A stretch of 64,000 nucleotides of DNA. Source: Octopus vulgaris. Taxonomy: Eukaryota. This document shows positions 1 through 15,087 of the stretch, in pieces. The notes under the pieces were generated by a model. It was not told the origin of the DNA, did no database searches, and was given only the letters and a program-made list of their open reading frames with translations. The position numbers and the translations under genes are program-made. Location of the stretch: NCBI GenBank assembly GCA_951406725.2, contig OX597816.1, positions 40,796,001-40,860,000 of the forward strand, read 5' to 3'. The number at the start of each line of letters is the position of its first letter. Within the stretch, counting starts at the first letter, position 1.

Positions 1-488
1 TTTTCTTTCGTTGCCTTTTCTATAGTAACCTAGTGTTTCTTTGTGTATGTGTGTGTACGTATGTGTTTGTTTGTGTGTGTCTATGTAGTTGCATGGGCGA
101 GAGAGACTACTTAACTTTGTATTTGTGATTTTGTTTTGTATCTTATTTTATTGTGAAAGTTTAAAATAATGTTGACGGAAAGCTAATTAGCATAGTATAG
201 TTGTTGAGGAGTGAAACTAGATTTATACGAATCATCCCGGCGGTTAAATCATGATTCTAATTATTTCGGCTACAAAATTTCCGCTGGATGAATAGACAGT
301 AGATGCATGCTTCAGATATGTTGTAATTCCACATTTTTCACAATAACCATTACGCTATACATAATGATTACACTACGTAATAAGCATTAGATTATTTTTA
401 CAAGATCTAAAAGTATAGCTAGTAAGAATATTTTAAAAGTGCTTTGTTTTGGTTGTAGTGCACCTGAGCACTGTATACAACAATTTCA

Positions 489-526
489 TTCTTCTTCTTC
501 TTCTTCTTCTTCTTCTTCTTCTTCTT

Positions 527-619
<93 letters not shown>
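489..619. repeat. Compound (TTC)n-(TTA)n microsatellite
   Basis: Directly visible; the (TTA)n part abuts the 3' end of the RLE retroposon fragment. Confidence 0.95.
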
Positions 620-622
<3 letters not shown>

Positions 623-1635
623 TAGTTTTATTTTTATAGCGTGCTTTCACTTCACTACCGAGCGCAGCTCTGTGTGCCTTGGGTATGTGCTGTGATTTGT
701 TGTGATGCTCTGATGGTTATTGTATGGAAAGTGTTCTGCGTAGGATGTGTGCAGCGCCTAGTAGTGCAATTTTCTGTATGTTATATGTGTTTGTAAGTCC
801 TGGTGTTTTTGTTATGTATTTGTCTGAATATTTTTTTATCATGCCTAATGCACCTACTATGATAGGAATTGTTTCTGTTTTCAGATTCCACATTCTAGTT
901 ACCTCTATTTTCAGGTCTTTGTATTTTGAGAGTTTCTCCATTTCTTTTAGAGACACGTTGTCATCAGCCGGTATTGATACATCAATTAGAAAGCATTTTT
1001 TTCTTCATGTCTCTGACAACTATATCTGGTCTGTTGGCCTTAATTTCTCTATCTGTGTGTATCAGCATATCCCAGAGTATGGTTGCTTTCTCGTTTTCTG
1101 TGACCTTTTCTGGTGTGTGCCTATACCATCTTTTTTCTGTTGTTATTCCATAATGTTGGCATAGCTTCCAATGTATGTAGGTTCCAACTCTGTCATGTCT
1201 GTGAATATATTCCTTCTTAGCCAGGACTGGGCAGCTAGAGATAATATGATTTATTGTTTCTTGTCCATCTCCACATATTCTGCAGTTACTTGTAATATTT
1301 CTTTTCATTACATGTTTTTGGTAATTTCTGGTGGGGAGGCTTTGGACTTGTGCTGCAATTAAAAATCCCTCTGTTTCTGCTTTGAGTCCTGAGCTTCTCA
1401 ACCATTGCTGGGATTTTTCTTTGTCTATTTCTTTTGCGTTTAGTTTAGTCCAGTATTTACCATGAAGGGGCTTTTCTTGCCATCGTTTTATCATGGTTCG
1501 TTGCTGTTCTATTTTTAGTTTGGATTTCATTTGTTTTATAGCTTTTGTTGTTTCTTCATCTTCTCCTTCTTCATGTTTATTAGGAGGTATGATTTCTTGT
1601 TTGTATTTGTCAGCTTCCTTAAATACTGAGAACAG

Positions 1636-1638
<3 letters not shown>
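620..1638 (-). mobile_element. 5'-truncated R4/Dong-like RLE non-LTR retrotransposon, copy A
   Basis: ORF 982-1764(-) has KPLHG, LKAETEGFLIAAQ, the CCHC knuckle CRICGDGQETINHIISSC, RHD and PDIVV. The frameshifted continuation 717-956(-) has KYKDL and PIIVGALG. Flanked on both sides by (TTA)n. Confidence 0.88.
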
Positions 1639-1714
<76 letters not shown>

Positions 1715-1715
<1 letters not shown>

Positions 1716-2406
1716 TATGTTTGACTTTTTCTTTACATTTGTACAAGTTGGCTCCAAGTCTCACCCAGAGACCTCAAGAGACAACAGGCTGGAAGTTCAT
1801 GTTGTTGTTACGCCTAGTGTGCCATATATTTGGTTTTATATTTAGTGTTGTACTAGTGAATGTCAAAAAAAAATTATGTTTGTTGTAAAACTTCAGATTA
1901 CATAGAAAGTATTTTGCGTAGGATATGAGCAGTTTCCATGAGCACTATCTTTTGAATTTCTGCCATTTTGGGGTTTCCTGGTATCTGAGTTAGGTAGCAA
2001 TCAGCCCCTTTTGCTATCGTTCCCAGGGCACCTATGACAACAGGTATTGTTTTAGTCTTCAGGTTCCATATTTTGCTGATTTCTATTTCAAGATCTTTAT
2101 ATTTGCTCAGATTTCGGTAGGTCTTGACAGATACGTTTATATCGATTGGCACAGTCATATCCATGAGGAAGCGTGTTCTTTGTCTGAAGTCTTTCAATAT
2201 AATGTCTGGCCTATTTGCAACTTTCTGTCAGTTTGAATGGGGAAGTTCCAGAGGTGTGACGTGGTCATTTCCAAGCACTGGATGTGGTTTGTGTTCCCAC
2301 CAGTTTTTTTCATGGGGCAAATCCAGGTTTTTGCAAATTAACCAGTCCATATATTGTGCGACTCTATCATGCCTGTTGAGATACTCTGTAGGCGCTAGAA
2401 GACTGT
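1715..2406 (-). mobile_element. 5'-truncated R4/Dong-like RLE retrotransposon, copy B (different 3' UTR)
   Basis: ORF 1898-2197(-) has DMTVP, KYKDLEIEI and PVVIGALG; upstream RHDRVAQY and WWEHKP are visible. Bracketed by (TTA)n at 1639-1714 and 2407-2508. Confidence 0.85.
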
Positions 2407-2427
2407 ATTATTATAATTATTATTATC

Positions 2428-2481
<54 letters not shown>

Positions 2482-4289
2482 GTTATTATTATTATTATTA
2501 TTATTATTAAGATACAAATATCTTTTATTGAGCTGTCTCGGTTTTCGTTAGCTTCACCGGCAGTGATTGATAATAAGATTGACAATACCAGTCACATCAC
2601 CGACACACCTGAATACTATTTTGGGGAGTTGACGTGCATAAAACAAGCTTTTGATAGAATGCTATTCAATAAATGCTAAATATCATTTGAATTTTGAATG
2701 CGAACTGGCGTGATACATCTCAAAAGCATCTTGAATATTATTATAATTAATGCTTTTTTTCTGACAGGATATAGTTTAATCATGACACAATTGTAAAGAA
2801 ACAAAAGACAAATCACCGTAAACTTTGCAAGTATAATCGTCTCATTATTTTAGTATCGCATTAACCTTATATGCGAAAACCACTATATAGATGTTATTTG
2901 ATAGGCTTATGCAGCTAGGTCAAGTAAAATATTTATTCGCTGTTAGTGGAACATTTAAAATGGCTGGGGTGGGTTTGTGCGAAAATTACAGTTCAATCGA
3001 ACAAAACAAAATAGCGTAATTCGTTATAAGTCCTGATATCACATCCTGCAGGAGCTGCATTTTGTCTTGCTCGCTCTTTATCATTGCGCCATCTATAAAA
3101 TGTTGTCTCGTCAATTAACGAGATTGATCTAATGAACACTTCAAGTAGAATTTTATCTATAATTTCTTCAATGCTTATTCCACACACTGTTGCGAAATAA
3201 TGTGTCACCTGTTTAGACCTGTAAAGAAATAATTTAGGACTACTTTATTTCCAGTTGAAGAGAATCCGTTTATGCTAAAATTTAAAATTAATGTTCAAAA
3301 GTTATGTATTTACTTTTTCTACATAGGCATGATATTTGACACACTCGATAAACACAGGAATGTATATAAAAGGTACGTGATGTAAGTTTCAACCAAGTCT
3401 AGACAGAAAAAACTGGATTCGACTAAGATTGAAGCAAATTGATTTTCATTCAGTTACACAGTAACTTTTTTGGTGAAAGCTAAAACCATATTACGTGAAA
3501 TTGTAGATATGTGCGAACTCAGCCTACCAATATATACGGAGAGATGGCAAAAGAATACTATCATGGAAGCATAAAAATAGACTTCTACATATCAATGTTA
3601 ACTGCGGATAAATATAACTGTTTTTATTCACATCCATTGCAAAGTTCGATTCGCCACCAAGTGATCCTAGATGCAATCCACAGCATAACATCATGGCTAA
3701 AGTCATTTGTTATGTATTCAGATCACCTCCCACGGTGTCAGTGAAATTTGGTAGACTGAAAATTAATAGTAGCTAATTCGATGGATTGTATCTTTAATTT
3801 AAATATGACCGACTTGCATGCTGATTTTAGCAAGAGAATTAAATAAGGGACACACGTGTCTGGAATGCTGATCCACATACTCGTTAATTCACGAGCAGGT
3901 AAAATTCGCTTCATTAAAAGTCGGAGCCTTATTTTCAAACAACAGACAACTTCTGTAATACATAAAGGAAATAGATAAGAATTGCCTAAACGGTATCTGT
4001 TGGGAGGATTTCTTGATTGTTTACTTGTTAGATATAGGTCTAAATGTGTATGAACCCTAATTTGTGTAAATAACTATTTTGGGCCAGTTGTGAATATCTC
4101 TGTATTTCTGGGACATTTTTGTAATCTCCAATACATGCTTTGCGTTCAATAACAGCTTATTCATGTAAGTGCTACATCAATCTTCGTATATAGTGTTGCT
4201 TCACGTTTCATTCATTAGATGGCCTTTCTTATCTAATAAAATAATGAAGTAAAATAGGTAACGAGCTAACTAAATCAATATCACATGGA

Positions 4290-4460
4290 ATAACATGTTT
4301 GGTGGCATTTCTTCTGGTTCTTTAACTTCAAATGATGCCAAGGTCTACTCTACCTGTCACCCTTTCATGCTTCATAAAATAAGTATCATTTGTGCACTGG
4401 AATCAATATGATCGATTTAACCTTTCTCTAAAATTGTGTCCCAGAATTTGAAATCTTTTA
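4290..4460 (+). mobile_element. Degenerate SINE (family C)
   Basis: Eroded match to the 27708-27944 family (CCTTTCATGCTTC..ATAAAATAAGTATCA..TCAATATGATCGAT). Confidence 0.45.
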
Positions 4461-4494
4461 TTCAGTAAAATCGAATTTGTATTTAGAGATACTT

Positions 4495-4654
4495 GTACTT
4501 GTAACGGCGTTCACCCAGGGCGAGTTGAGCCGGCTTCTCTGTTCTTAACGGCATCACGAACCATGGCGGTCCACGCTCGACGGTCCTGTGCGAGGTCATG
4601 GGAGGTAGCAAGCAATTCGCGGTTCCATCTATGCAACCTATCACCTGCGGACCT
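4495..4654 (-). mobile_element. RTE-clade LINE extreme 3' end with TSD
   Basis: Minus frame reads RWNRELLATSHDLAQDRRAWTAMVRDAVKNREAGSTRPG* (RTE-type A.DR..W C-terminus), followed by an ACAAGT-repeat tail. 9-bp direct repeat GAGATACTT at 4486-4494 and 4655-4663. Confidence 0.75.
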
Positions 4655-5659
4655 GAGATACTTACAATACGAATGATATGAAGCAATAAATTCTTAAGCT
4701 TATACTAACTGGAAAACTATTGGGTTAAATGAATTATCAAAACTCATCCTGGAAACCATAAAAGCTCAGGCGATTAGTACACCTTGCGAAATATTAAATT
4801 TTTTTTGAAATACAAAACGTCACATTTAACCCTCTACGAGAAACATAATGCTGATGAACCAGTAATAGAAAACTATTTAAATCCTGATCAAAACGTTCAA
4901 CGTTAATAGAATTTACGAAGATGAATACAGCTGAGTAATTAATAGAGTTTAGAAAATTATTTTCTTTGAAGCAGAGGAAATATTAACTTTCAAATTATAT
5001 TTACATATCGATGTGAAAATATGACGTCGTTATTTAAGGCATGCAGGGATGTTTACTGTAATTAGCAGAGCAATTCAATATGTATGCATAACGTGACACA
5101 GCATCAACTGCCTCAAATATTACACTTTTGAAAATCGTATGAATGTGAAATCCTTTCCGAATATAAATATTTATTAAAATAAATCAACTTATTCTCTCTG
5201 TCTCTCATTATGTCTTTACTTTTCCAGCATGCTATATTTATTTATACTATACGTGTGTGTGTGTGTGTGTGTTATGTGTGCGTATGTGTGTATCTATTAT
5301 TTATTTTTAAAAGACACGATACATGTGCTACTAACAGTTTCATACGTTGAGAAATATCTCAAACATTATCATCAGGCACAAATCACATATCATAACGATT
5401 TAAACAAATTGAATAAGAGAAGAAACGCGAAAAAAACTGAGAAGGCAGCATTTAGAAAACGCAGAAGGTTAAAAAAAAAAGGAAAATGGAAAATGGAAAA
5501 CGAAAACACATAAACTAAAATGTGAAAAGTGAAAATTGAAACGGATAAAAGAAATATCCTCCCTAGACTTGAAATTATAAAGCTGGGTATATATATATAT
5601 ATGTATTCGTTGTGCAAGATTTTTTATTGGCTAAACTGGCAAAATGACCATTCCGAAAT

Positions 5660-5736
<77 letters not shown>

Positions 5737-5819
5737 TATACATAAACACACACACACACATACACACACGTACATACACACACACATACACACACACATA
5801 TATAAATATATATATATAT

Positions 5820-6275
5820 TTATTTTACTACTGTCAGCTTGAGAGATGCTGTCATGCTAGGGCAGCACTGATACCTTTCCAACATTTTCCCTAAACCTGT
5901 GCTATATAGCATTTGACGAATGAATGAGTTGGAAGTTGCTGCCCTCATCTGTATTTCTTGCCGCTATGTCGGTTAACAGAAGGAGATCCACTTTCGCTTT
6001 GAAAACGTCTACATCCACTCCATGTGGTTCTCTCAAGCTTTCTGGGAGGATATTGAAGCACTGTGGTTCCTTGAAACCCAGGCTGTTGCAGTATCTGATT
6101 CTGTATCCTGATGACAATGTTGATATTTTCTGTACTATGGAGTGGCATTCCGTTTTGCTATTTGTGTAGCGTACATTGGCAAAGTTAAGTCCAACATCTG
6201 GGAATTTCCAGATGTATATCACTGCATATCATTCCCGCATTCGTTCTAGAGTGTTGAGTCTTAACTTTTCTAGCA
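5820..6275 (-). mobile_element. Degenerate CR1/L2-group LINE 3' end
   Basis: ORF 5902-6222(-) (IYIWK...YCNSLGFKEPQCFNILP..LR..HGVDVDVFKAKVDL) is homologous to 51732-52403; the eroded 3' tail is also shared. Confidence 0.8.
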
Positions 6276-6782
6276 TATACATAGCCCGTTTGTTCCTGAT
6301 TGCAATGGCTGGGTTGACATCGTGATGCACGACAAAACATGTACAGTTTTAGCTGGAGGAGCCCTTCAACCCTCCAGGTCCAACCACATTAAATTTTTCC
6401 AGAGAAATCCAAATCACGTTGTAATTGCTCCGAAGATACAATACTTTAAAACGCACTCACATACACACGCACTCTCACACACACACATACACACACTCGC
6501 ACACACTCGTACACACGCAGGTTTACACATCAGGTTCACATATACACAACATACGCGCGCTTACACGCCACACACAAATAAACCACACACATACACGCAC
6601 ACAAGCAACATATGTATGTGTATGTGTATGGCTGCTTACATATGCTTGTGTTTGTCAAATGTACTTGATAGTCAACAACATATTAATATGTAATTAATAT
6701 GCGTCGCAACAATAAAATAAACTTGATAATTTAATACTTAGGTGAATGCATATTTCACTGAACATGTACTATACACAGATTA

Positions 6783-7100
6783 AAATAAATAGCGCCTTTT
6801 TCAAGCTTATCCAGGCTCATGGACCCGGTTTTCCGGTTTCTGTGGCGTATGTGTTCCCCCCCTAGCTGGACGGGACACCAGTCCATCGCAGCGTTACTCA
6901 AGAAACAGGAAGAGAGAGAGAGTGAGAGAAAGTTGAGGCGAAAGAGTACAACAGAGGTCGCCACCACCCCTTGTCGGAGCCTCGTGGTGCTTCAAGGTGT
7001 TTTCGCTCAATAAACACACAGAACCCCCGGACTGGGAATCGAAACCACGAACCTACGACCGCGAGTCCGCTACCCTAACCAATGGGCCATTGCGCCTCCA
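6783..7100 (-). mobile_element. tRNA-derived SINE (family A, tRNA-Arg-like head)
   Basis: Minus strand GGAGGCGCAATGGCCCATTGGTTAGGG (A box) ... GGTTTCGATTCCC (B box); head and body match 63087-63250. Confidence 0.85.
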
Positions 7101-7999
7101 CACTGTAGTTTATACACAGGATAAAATAAAGGATTAGATATGCAAAGAACAATTCATTGCCTTATCATAGATATATTATGCCTATCTTACAATGAATAAG
7201 CGACCTTGTTCCTTTCATTTCGTGCAGAAATGTTTCTGAATATGCTGCGTGCATTACTAATATACAGTCAATTCTGTTTCATCATGTTTAAATATGTACG
7301 TACAAAAACGTACTTGAATATAGTCAAAGCGGTTTCAAACATGTCGCTGGTATTTTACAAAATCTGATTCACTTCCCATTATGCTATATCATCTATTCTA
7401 ATGCTTATAATCATGAAAGTTATAAAATTCAATCACATCAAATCTAAAACAAACAAACACAGAAACAAACACGTAATAACTGACAAAGTTCGTTGATTTA
7501 GAATTAATAGCGATAAAAATGATTACCGCAGACATCAACAATAAAAACAGAAATATACAAACGCATTGACAGTAAGTTGGCAGCAGATTTTTGTAGTCAT
7601 AGTGCTATGGTTTTGTTATTCTCTTTATGTAGTTCTGCGAAAACTTTTGTATAAAAGCCCAAGCTAAACTATATTAGATAAAACTTTCAAGATAGAGACC
7701 ATTAAGTAATTACTAGCACAGGGGAATACACAAATTTACAATATAGACAATATACACATACATACATAATTACACACACACATACATACACGCAAACGCA
7801 CATACATATGTATGTATCTATATATATAAATATGTGTCTAAACGTGTCTATAATTACACGATCACGCAAACACAAACTCACATGTCTCATACAAACGCAC
7901 ATGTATATATATATATATATATACTTACAAAAGAAAAAAAACATACTTACAAGCATGTATATCTTTCTGCTCCTGGGTAACTGTACACACACACACACC

Positions 8000-8069
<70 letters not shown>

Positions 8070-8074
8070 CATAC

Positions 8075-8109
<35 letters not shown>

Positions 8110-8401
8110 CATACATATATATATATACATACATATATATTAATATATATTTATATACACACATACATATACATATATATATAGTTTATGTGCATATGTT
8201 TAAATACATACATTTATATGAATATATATGTGTGCGTGTATGCGTGTGTACGTTTGTATGTGTATGTATGTTTGTATGCGTATGTATGTATGCGCGTGTC
8301 TGTGTATATGCTGCTCTAAATGAAAGAAAAGCGCACTCAATACATTGTGTAGAATTTATTGAATCAACGTGTATTTAAAATAATGTAAGCGTATGTATAT
8401 A

Positions 8402-8485
<84 letters not shown>

Positions 8486-9160
8486 CTTACTTATATGTTC
8501 ATATGTATGTATGTATATATCAATATATATTTATGTACACACACACACACAAGCACACAGACACAGTCTCACACACACACACGCACACACATACTCACAC
8601 ACACACACGCACTGCCTAAAATACTTTTATTTGTAGACATAAGCATTTATATTTTTCCATTATCTTTTGAAAGTTATGACAAACTATATTTTGTTTTGTT
8701 TTCCGATTGCGAAGAGATAGATAGATAGTTGAAATAAGAGAGAGAGAGAGAGCGAGAGTGAGAGAGAGATTGAAAGACAAGCAGAGTGAGAGTGTCTGAG
8801 AGAGGAGAAAGAGAATCAGAGAGAGAGAGAAAGAGAGAATGGGGGAGAGATTAGGAAATAAGAGGGAGAGACTGAAGAATTGTCTAGCTTAAATGCAATT
8901 TAAAGAGTGTTTTTGTTTTAATGTCAACACATGATCGATTATCAGGAACACCGGTGTTTTGTTTGTCTTTACATTTGAGTATATATATGCGCGCGAGCGA
9001 AGACACCCACACACATGGACACAAAGATACACAAGCATACTCACACACACACACATGTATGTTCATATAATTATATATGCATTCATAAATATGCTTGTAC
9101 ATGTATATGTAATCTGAAATGCAGTTTACCAGGGAATACAAACGTACATATATACATACT

Positions 9161-9285
<125 letters not shown>

Positions 9286-9690
9286 CGTCACATATGAATA
9301 CTTATATGTGTGTACGTTACTGTATTTTTTTGTGATCATGTTCATATGGGTATGTGTGTGTCTGCTTGTGCGTCTGTATTTTTTTTTTGGGGGGGCGGGG
9401 AACTGAATCTTCCCCTCTCGTAAATCTAATTTTTTTTACCTTGATAATTACTTCAGCGTCTGACGTGGGGAAATAGCTATCATGAAACGTTAGAAAAATA
9501 CACAGAAACGCATGGGGATTCCAAGAGCCAACTGTACATTAAGATTTCATTGGAAACAGAAAAAAAAAAGACCAAGCCCCAAAACATCAAGTCATGTATT
9601 ACGTATTCGTGTATTCAGTTGTGATACGCAAATCACATGACATTTTCATTTCGATGCTCTCCAAAACTTTTGCGCTTGTTTTTTGTCTCA

Positions 9691-9749
<59 letters not shown>

Positions 9750-9802
9750 TATATACATATATGTGCATATATATATGAATAAATACATATATGTATATTA
9801 TT

Positions 9803-9901
<99 letters not shown>

Positions 9902-11486
9902 TCACACACATATTTGCGCAAGCAGAAGTATGTTTCATGTACATGAATGTGTTGTTGTTTTTTTTTCTTCATTGTATGCCAGTCATTCTTAGTTTGGAAA
10001 TTATATTCTGTAGTAAGTAACATATTGTAGTCAATTGGTAAAAATCAGAACTTCGTCATAAATAGCTATGAAAGTTATTGAAAAAAGAAATTGCCAATTT
10101 CACAGATTTTTATCTCAATATCAAAAGACCGTTATAAATAATTATATTCGTACAGGAAACAGTGCCCACAACTTCCAAAACAATTCATTTTAGAGGCTTG
10201 TATCGGACAATGCTACAATTGTCTAGATGTCAAAATACATAAACATCTTAGAATCTCTTTAAGGGGATATCCAGCAAATTGAATATAGAACTTTTTTCGC
10301 AGTTATATTACCATTTTAGAGAGCAAATATCACGCTTGTTGCATTTACATAGAAGATAATACATTCGCTTATTTCTACTAAACATTGAATTTTCTTGGTT
10401 GTGGTTATAAAATTAGATAATGGTTTTGGTGCAAATGTATCTCACTTAATGATATTTGTACTAAATATTTTAGAGTATCTATGATCCAAGTGTTTATGCT
10501 TATTTCTATGTTTAGCAAAATCCACTGCAACATTACAACGATAAGGCCACTATGAGATCTCTTGAGCATGGATACTGATATGAATTAGTAAAACGCATAT
10601 TCTCCGTATTCTAGTCTGTAGATCAAAACAATATTTCTTTATAGAAATGTGTTCGTCATATTCATAGATCTTTCGGTACCTATAAGTATCCAATCTTACT
10701 TTCGACAATAAAATGTATCCAGAGATCAATAAGACAAATACATACGATGTGAAACACATTTGCTTCAGAAACACAATAAACAAGGATGGTATAATACAAC
10801 AATCTAACGAAAGGGAAATATATATTGCAAATGTCAGTTGCAGGGAAATGCATTAGCAGCATTGTTGCAAGAATGCGTAATAACAATATGATCTTTGCAT
10901 ATGTTGATATTCATTTGTGCATTGTTAGCTCCTACAATCGAAATAAACAAAAGTGTTATCAAAGAGCGGCGAAATTTCAAATCTTATATTGAAAGTGGAA
11001 AAAGCGATGATGGCTTGCCCGTAAACAAACGTGACTGGTTTCAGTCCGTATAGTATTGTGCACTGCATAGCTTATTTTGACCATAACTACCAGACAACTC
11101 CCTGCAGTTACTTACCAAACGTATGCATCCTGCTGTCTCTAGGACATAACAGTTGTGTGAAATAAGTCAGCGCTGGAATCTGAACGAGCGTCTACAAAAC
11201 GGTTCCGTAGCTATATGCATATTTAGATCACATTTATCATTTATGCTTCTGGAGTTAACCTTAGGGTAGTTCTGACAAATCAATGGCTTTTGAAATTATC
11301 CATAGGGGCGCAGGTCATCATCGTTGATGATTACAATTGGTTCAAAACGTCAGGAATCTTCCCAACCTCTTTCGAATATAAATTAATAAAGTGCAATTTC
11401 AAATGAAAGATATGCACGAATGGTATAGTTCTATAGGCATTTGATAACATTCCATCCATCACAAGCCCAGTTCTGCTTCATGCTTG

Positions 11487-11524
<38 letters not shown>

Positions 11525-11528
11525 TCTG

Positions 11529-11589
<61 letters not shown>

Positions 11590-11869
11590 TTATCTACCTG
11601 CCTGTCTATCTGTCTGTCTATCTATATATCTTCCGGACGGTGGGATTGAACATAAGGCAATCTTCTCAACAACAGAGCCACTCCTGCTTCCCAATCTGGT
11701 GGTCTTGGGTTCAGTTCCAAAAGAATCGAAGACGACATGTGTTCAACTGAACCCTTTACTAGAAGAGTTACAATTTTGCTACCTCTTCTGCTGGAGCCCC
11801 GACCTATCCTGAAATATAACCATATGTATACACATTCATATATAATCATATATGTACATACATATCCAT

Positions 11870-12040
11870 GTGTATGTATCCTTGTGCCCTATATTTTTCC
11901 CACCATTGATTGACAAGCGGTGGCTGCTCACCTTCTCTCTACTTAGTGATTCGACAAATGACGATTAGAGAATACCAGGCTTTGTAAAATAACTATTGGG
12001 TCGATGTGAATCCCAGCATGGTCGGATATCTAGTTTTGAA
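11870..12040 (+). mobile_element. Degenerate 3' part of SINE family B
   Basis: Eroded match to 52740-52960 (CACCATTGATTGACAAGCG ... GGGTCGATG ... CCAGCATGGTCG). Confidence 0.5.
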
Positions 12041-12411
12041 ACATGTAAAATATACACACATATACTAGTTCTTTCAAGTGACAACCTTGATAGAATGTTC
12101 GAAGTCCCGTTCTCATAAATCTTTGTAATCATTCTGTCTTTTCTGCGACATTGCTCTGTAGTATTTTGCCATAAATCTAATGACACGTTGTAGTAATGTT
12201 CCCAAGGTGCTGTTTATTCCGAGTGGTATTTGCTTCATTAGGTTTTAATGTTTATTTTCAGTTCACCGTGACATTCCGCGTGTTTTTGCATGTTACTCTA
12301 TGTATGTATGTATGCATAAATGTAATTATGTATGCATGTATGTATGTGTGTATATATATATATATATTATAAACATATACATATACAAGTATATATACAT
12401 ACATGTACACA

Positions 12412-12456
<45 letters not shown>

Positions 12457-13635
12457 ATATATGTATATATGTATATATGTATGCACGATATGATATGTTA
12501 TCGCAGAAATAGTTTAATTCTACATTAGTGGTTTAATTGTATAAAATACCGTAATTTGGATACAGAGATTATATTTACAAATTTTGTTAAATTGATATTT
12601 ACATAACAGTTAAGCGATATTAATTTTGTTCTTCAAATAAACAGAAATCAATGTACACACTGTCATTCACAATGACATTACATAAACAAATGAAATATTA
12701 GATTATAATTTATTTGCTTATATAACTAACAGAAATTGAATCTATGGAAAATAATATATAAATGGAATTAATTCTCATATCGGATTCGATTGGGAGATAT
12801 GTTGTGAAGCGAAATATATTATTAGGAAGGAAATTTGGATATCATTAAGGTACATAATTGCATTAGATATATATTACGAGATTGATATTATTTGATTGAA
12901 GGGCAACATCGTTTTGAAATTGAAACCATGGTCACATAAGAATTATAGTTACTTGGATTACGGAATATGTACAAGTTAATATAAGTTGATATAAAGCAAA
13001 TGATGAATACGTAGAGGTTACAATTCTCATCTAGTTACTTTATTAAAAAATAATATGCTTCTTATGACATGAGCAGAACAACCAGATCAAGCTGTGTGTT
13101 TTAATATCATACGAGTGTTTCCATATACCGCTGGCGCATTTTCTCGTAATTTCGGTCAAAAATACAACTAACTTGTGCTGTACACTTATATACCCAAAGG
13201 ATGCGTGTACAAACCGATTAAAATGAAAAGGTCAGATAATAAACTAGTTGTAACAAACACATAGAGAGAGGGGTAGAGGGGTGTATAATGACGTAGATTC
13301 CAGGAAAAAAGATAAAAAAAGAAGAGAGATGGAGGAAAATATAATACGATAATGCTGGGATAGAGAAGAAAATAAGAGGAAAAAAGGATGAAAACAAATG
13401 CGATGAATAGTAGAGGTATGTTAGTATTGAGTTGTGATATTAATAATGATAATGTGGACAACAACAGAATAGGCACTTAAATTATTCATGCATACATGAA
13501 CACTGTTATCGTGCTTTGTACTATAACGGATTGGTCTGGTGATAATGTGTACATACATACTCCATGTCCCCCTACATGGCCTTGGTATTTGCTTTTGAGC
13601 CAAATTAACTAACTAACTAACATACATATATACAT

Positions 13636-13771
<136 letters not shown>

Positions 13772-13836
13772 GTATATATATATGTATATATATGTATATA
13801 TATGTATCTATATTATATATATTCTTATTTATTTAT

Positions 13837-13958
13837 TAATGAAGGGTACTACCTGTAGTACCTGCACGCTCATAGTTTTCACTTCTACACAAGAGTGAAA
13901 TGTGTACAAGAGACAACTATTTCTAGCCTACAGGGACTACAAGTAGTACCCTTCATTA
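13837..13958. repeat. About 120-bp imperfect hairpin next to (TA)n
   Basis: TAATGAAGGGTACTACCTGTAGTACCTG pairs with CAGGGACTACAAGTAGTACCCTTCATTA; inner pairs ATAGTT/AACTAT and TACACA/TGTGTA. Confidence 0.85.
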
Positions 13959-14923
13959 TTAATTAGTAATTTTGCATTTACAGTTCTTTTACGCATGTTA
14001 GCCAATGATATTATTGTGAATTATTAACAATAAAATCCTTATATATATATATACACTTAATCATATCAAAAGGAAATGGAAATTAATAGAATTTTTCATT
14101 TCCAGTGGCCTAGCGTGTAAAATTTAGTCCAAAGACTATGTATTAGTCATAAAAATACAGTGTACCTTAAACACATAAGGAATCCACTCGTGGGATTCAA
14201 CACGCTAGAAAGAACAGCTAGGTTCTATAACCACGAAGATAGGGATAAATTTCGACAGGAGCGAAATGAAAAAATAAAAATATTTTACCATCTATTTACC
14301 TGGACCAATTGGTTTCTGATTTTAGTTTAGCAAGTAAATACCATATACCCGCTAGCTGAAATCGTTCTCAACAGGTACACCTTAGGTTAAATATATAAAC
14401 ACGAGGCGATCAACTATGCGCCTCTTGTTTATATATCCTAATTTTTTTCAAAATCTACTGCGCAGACGCAGCCCCTCACCGGCAATAAAATATGCCAACT
14501 TTTAAAACCGAAAATTATCCAGAAACTTACAATACTTAATCATATCAAAGGGAGATGGAAATTAACAGAAATTTTCACTTCCAGTGGTCTAACGTGTGAA
14601 AATTTAGTCCAAAGACTATGTATTAGTCATAAAATACAGTGTACATTAAACAACGCATTTGTTTTCATCTTTTTTTCCCTCTTATTTTCTTCTCTATCCC
14701 AGCATTATCATATTATATTTTCCTCCATCTCTCTTCTTTATATTTGTTATTTACTTGCTAAAGTAAAATCAGAAACCAATTGGTCCAGGAAACTATGCAA
14801 AATAGAAATTCTCGAGACACGTGCGATTGAAACTGAAAACTTTCACAGAGTGAGAGAGTCCGGAAGTGAACACTATTAAATTTACATCTAATATAGGATA
14901 AATATTTTCGAAAAAAAGTTGTT

Positions 14924-14957
<34 letters not shown>

Positions 14958-15042
14958 AAGGGTGGAAAGGAACACACGAGTTGATATATATGAAAAAACA
15001 AGTCAAAAAATAGAAAATGCTAAGATAATTTTATAGTGAATC

Positions 15043-15087
15043 TTTCAGTACCGGTTTCGGTCATTTTGAGACCTTTTCAACTGTAAC
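15043..15087 (-). ncRNA. Minimal type I hammerhead ribozyme, U3-A8 core variant
   Basis: Minus strand CAG TTGAAAA GGTC-TCAAAAT-GACC GAAA CCGG TA CTG; identical to 42852-42894. Confidence 0.75.

Noticed and set aside
2993-3230. Possible minus-strand exon (TTTCTTTACAG acceptor plus 71-aa frame)
   Set aside because: No recognisable protein similarity, donor site or partner exons.
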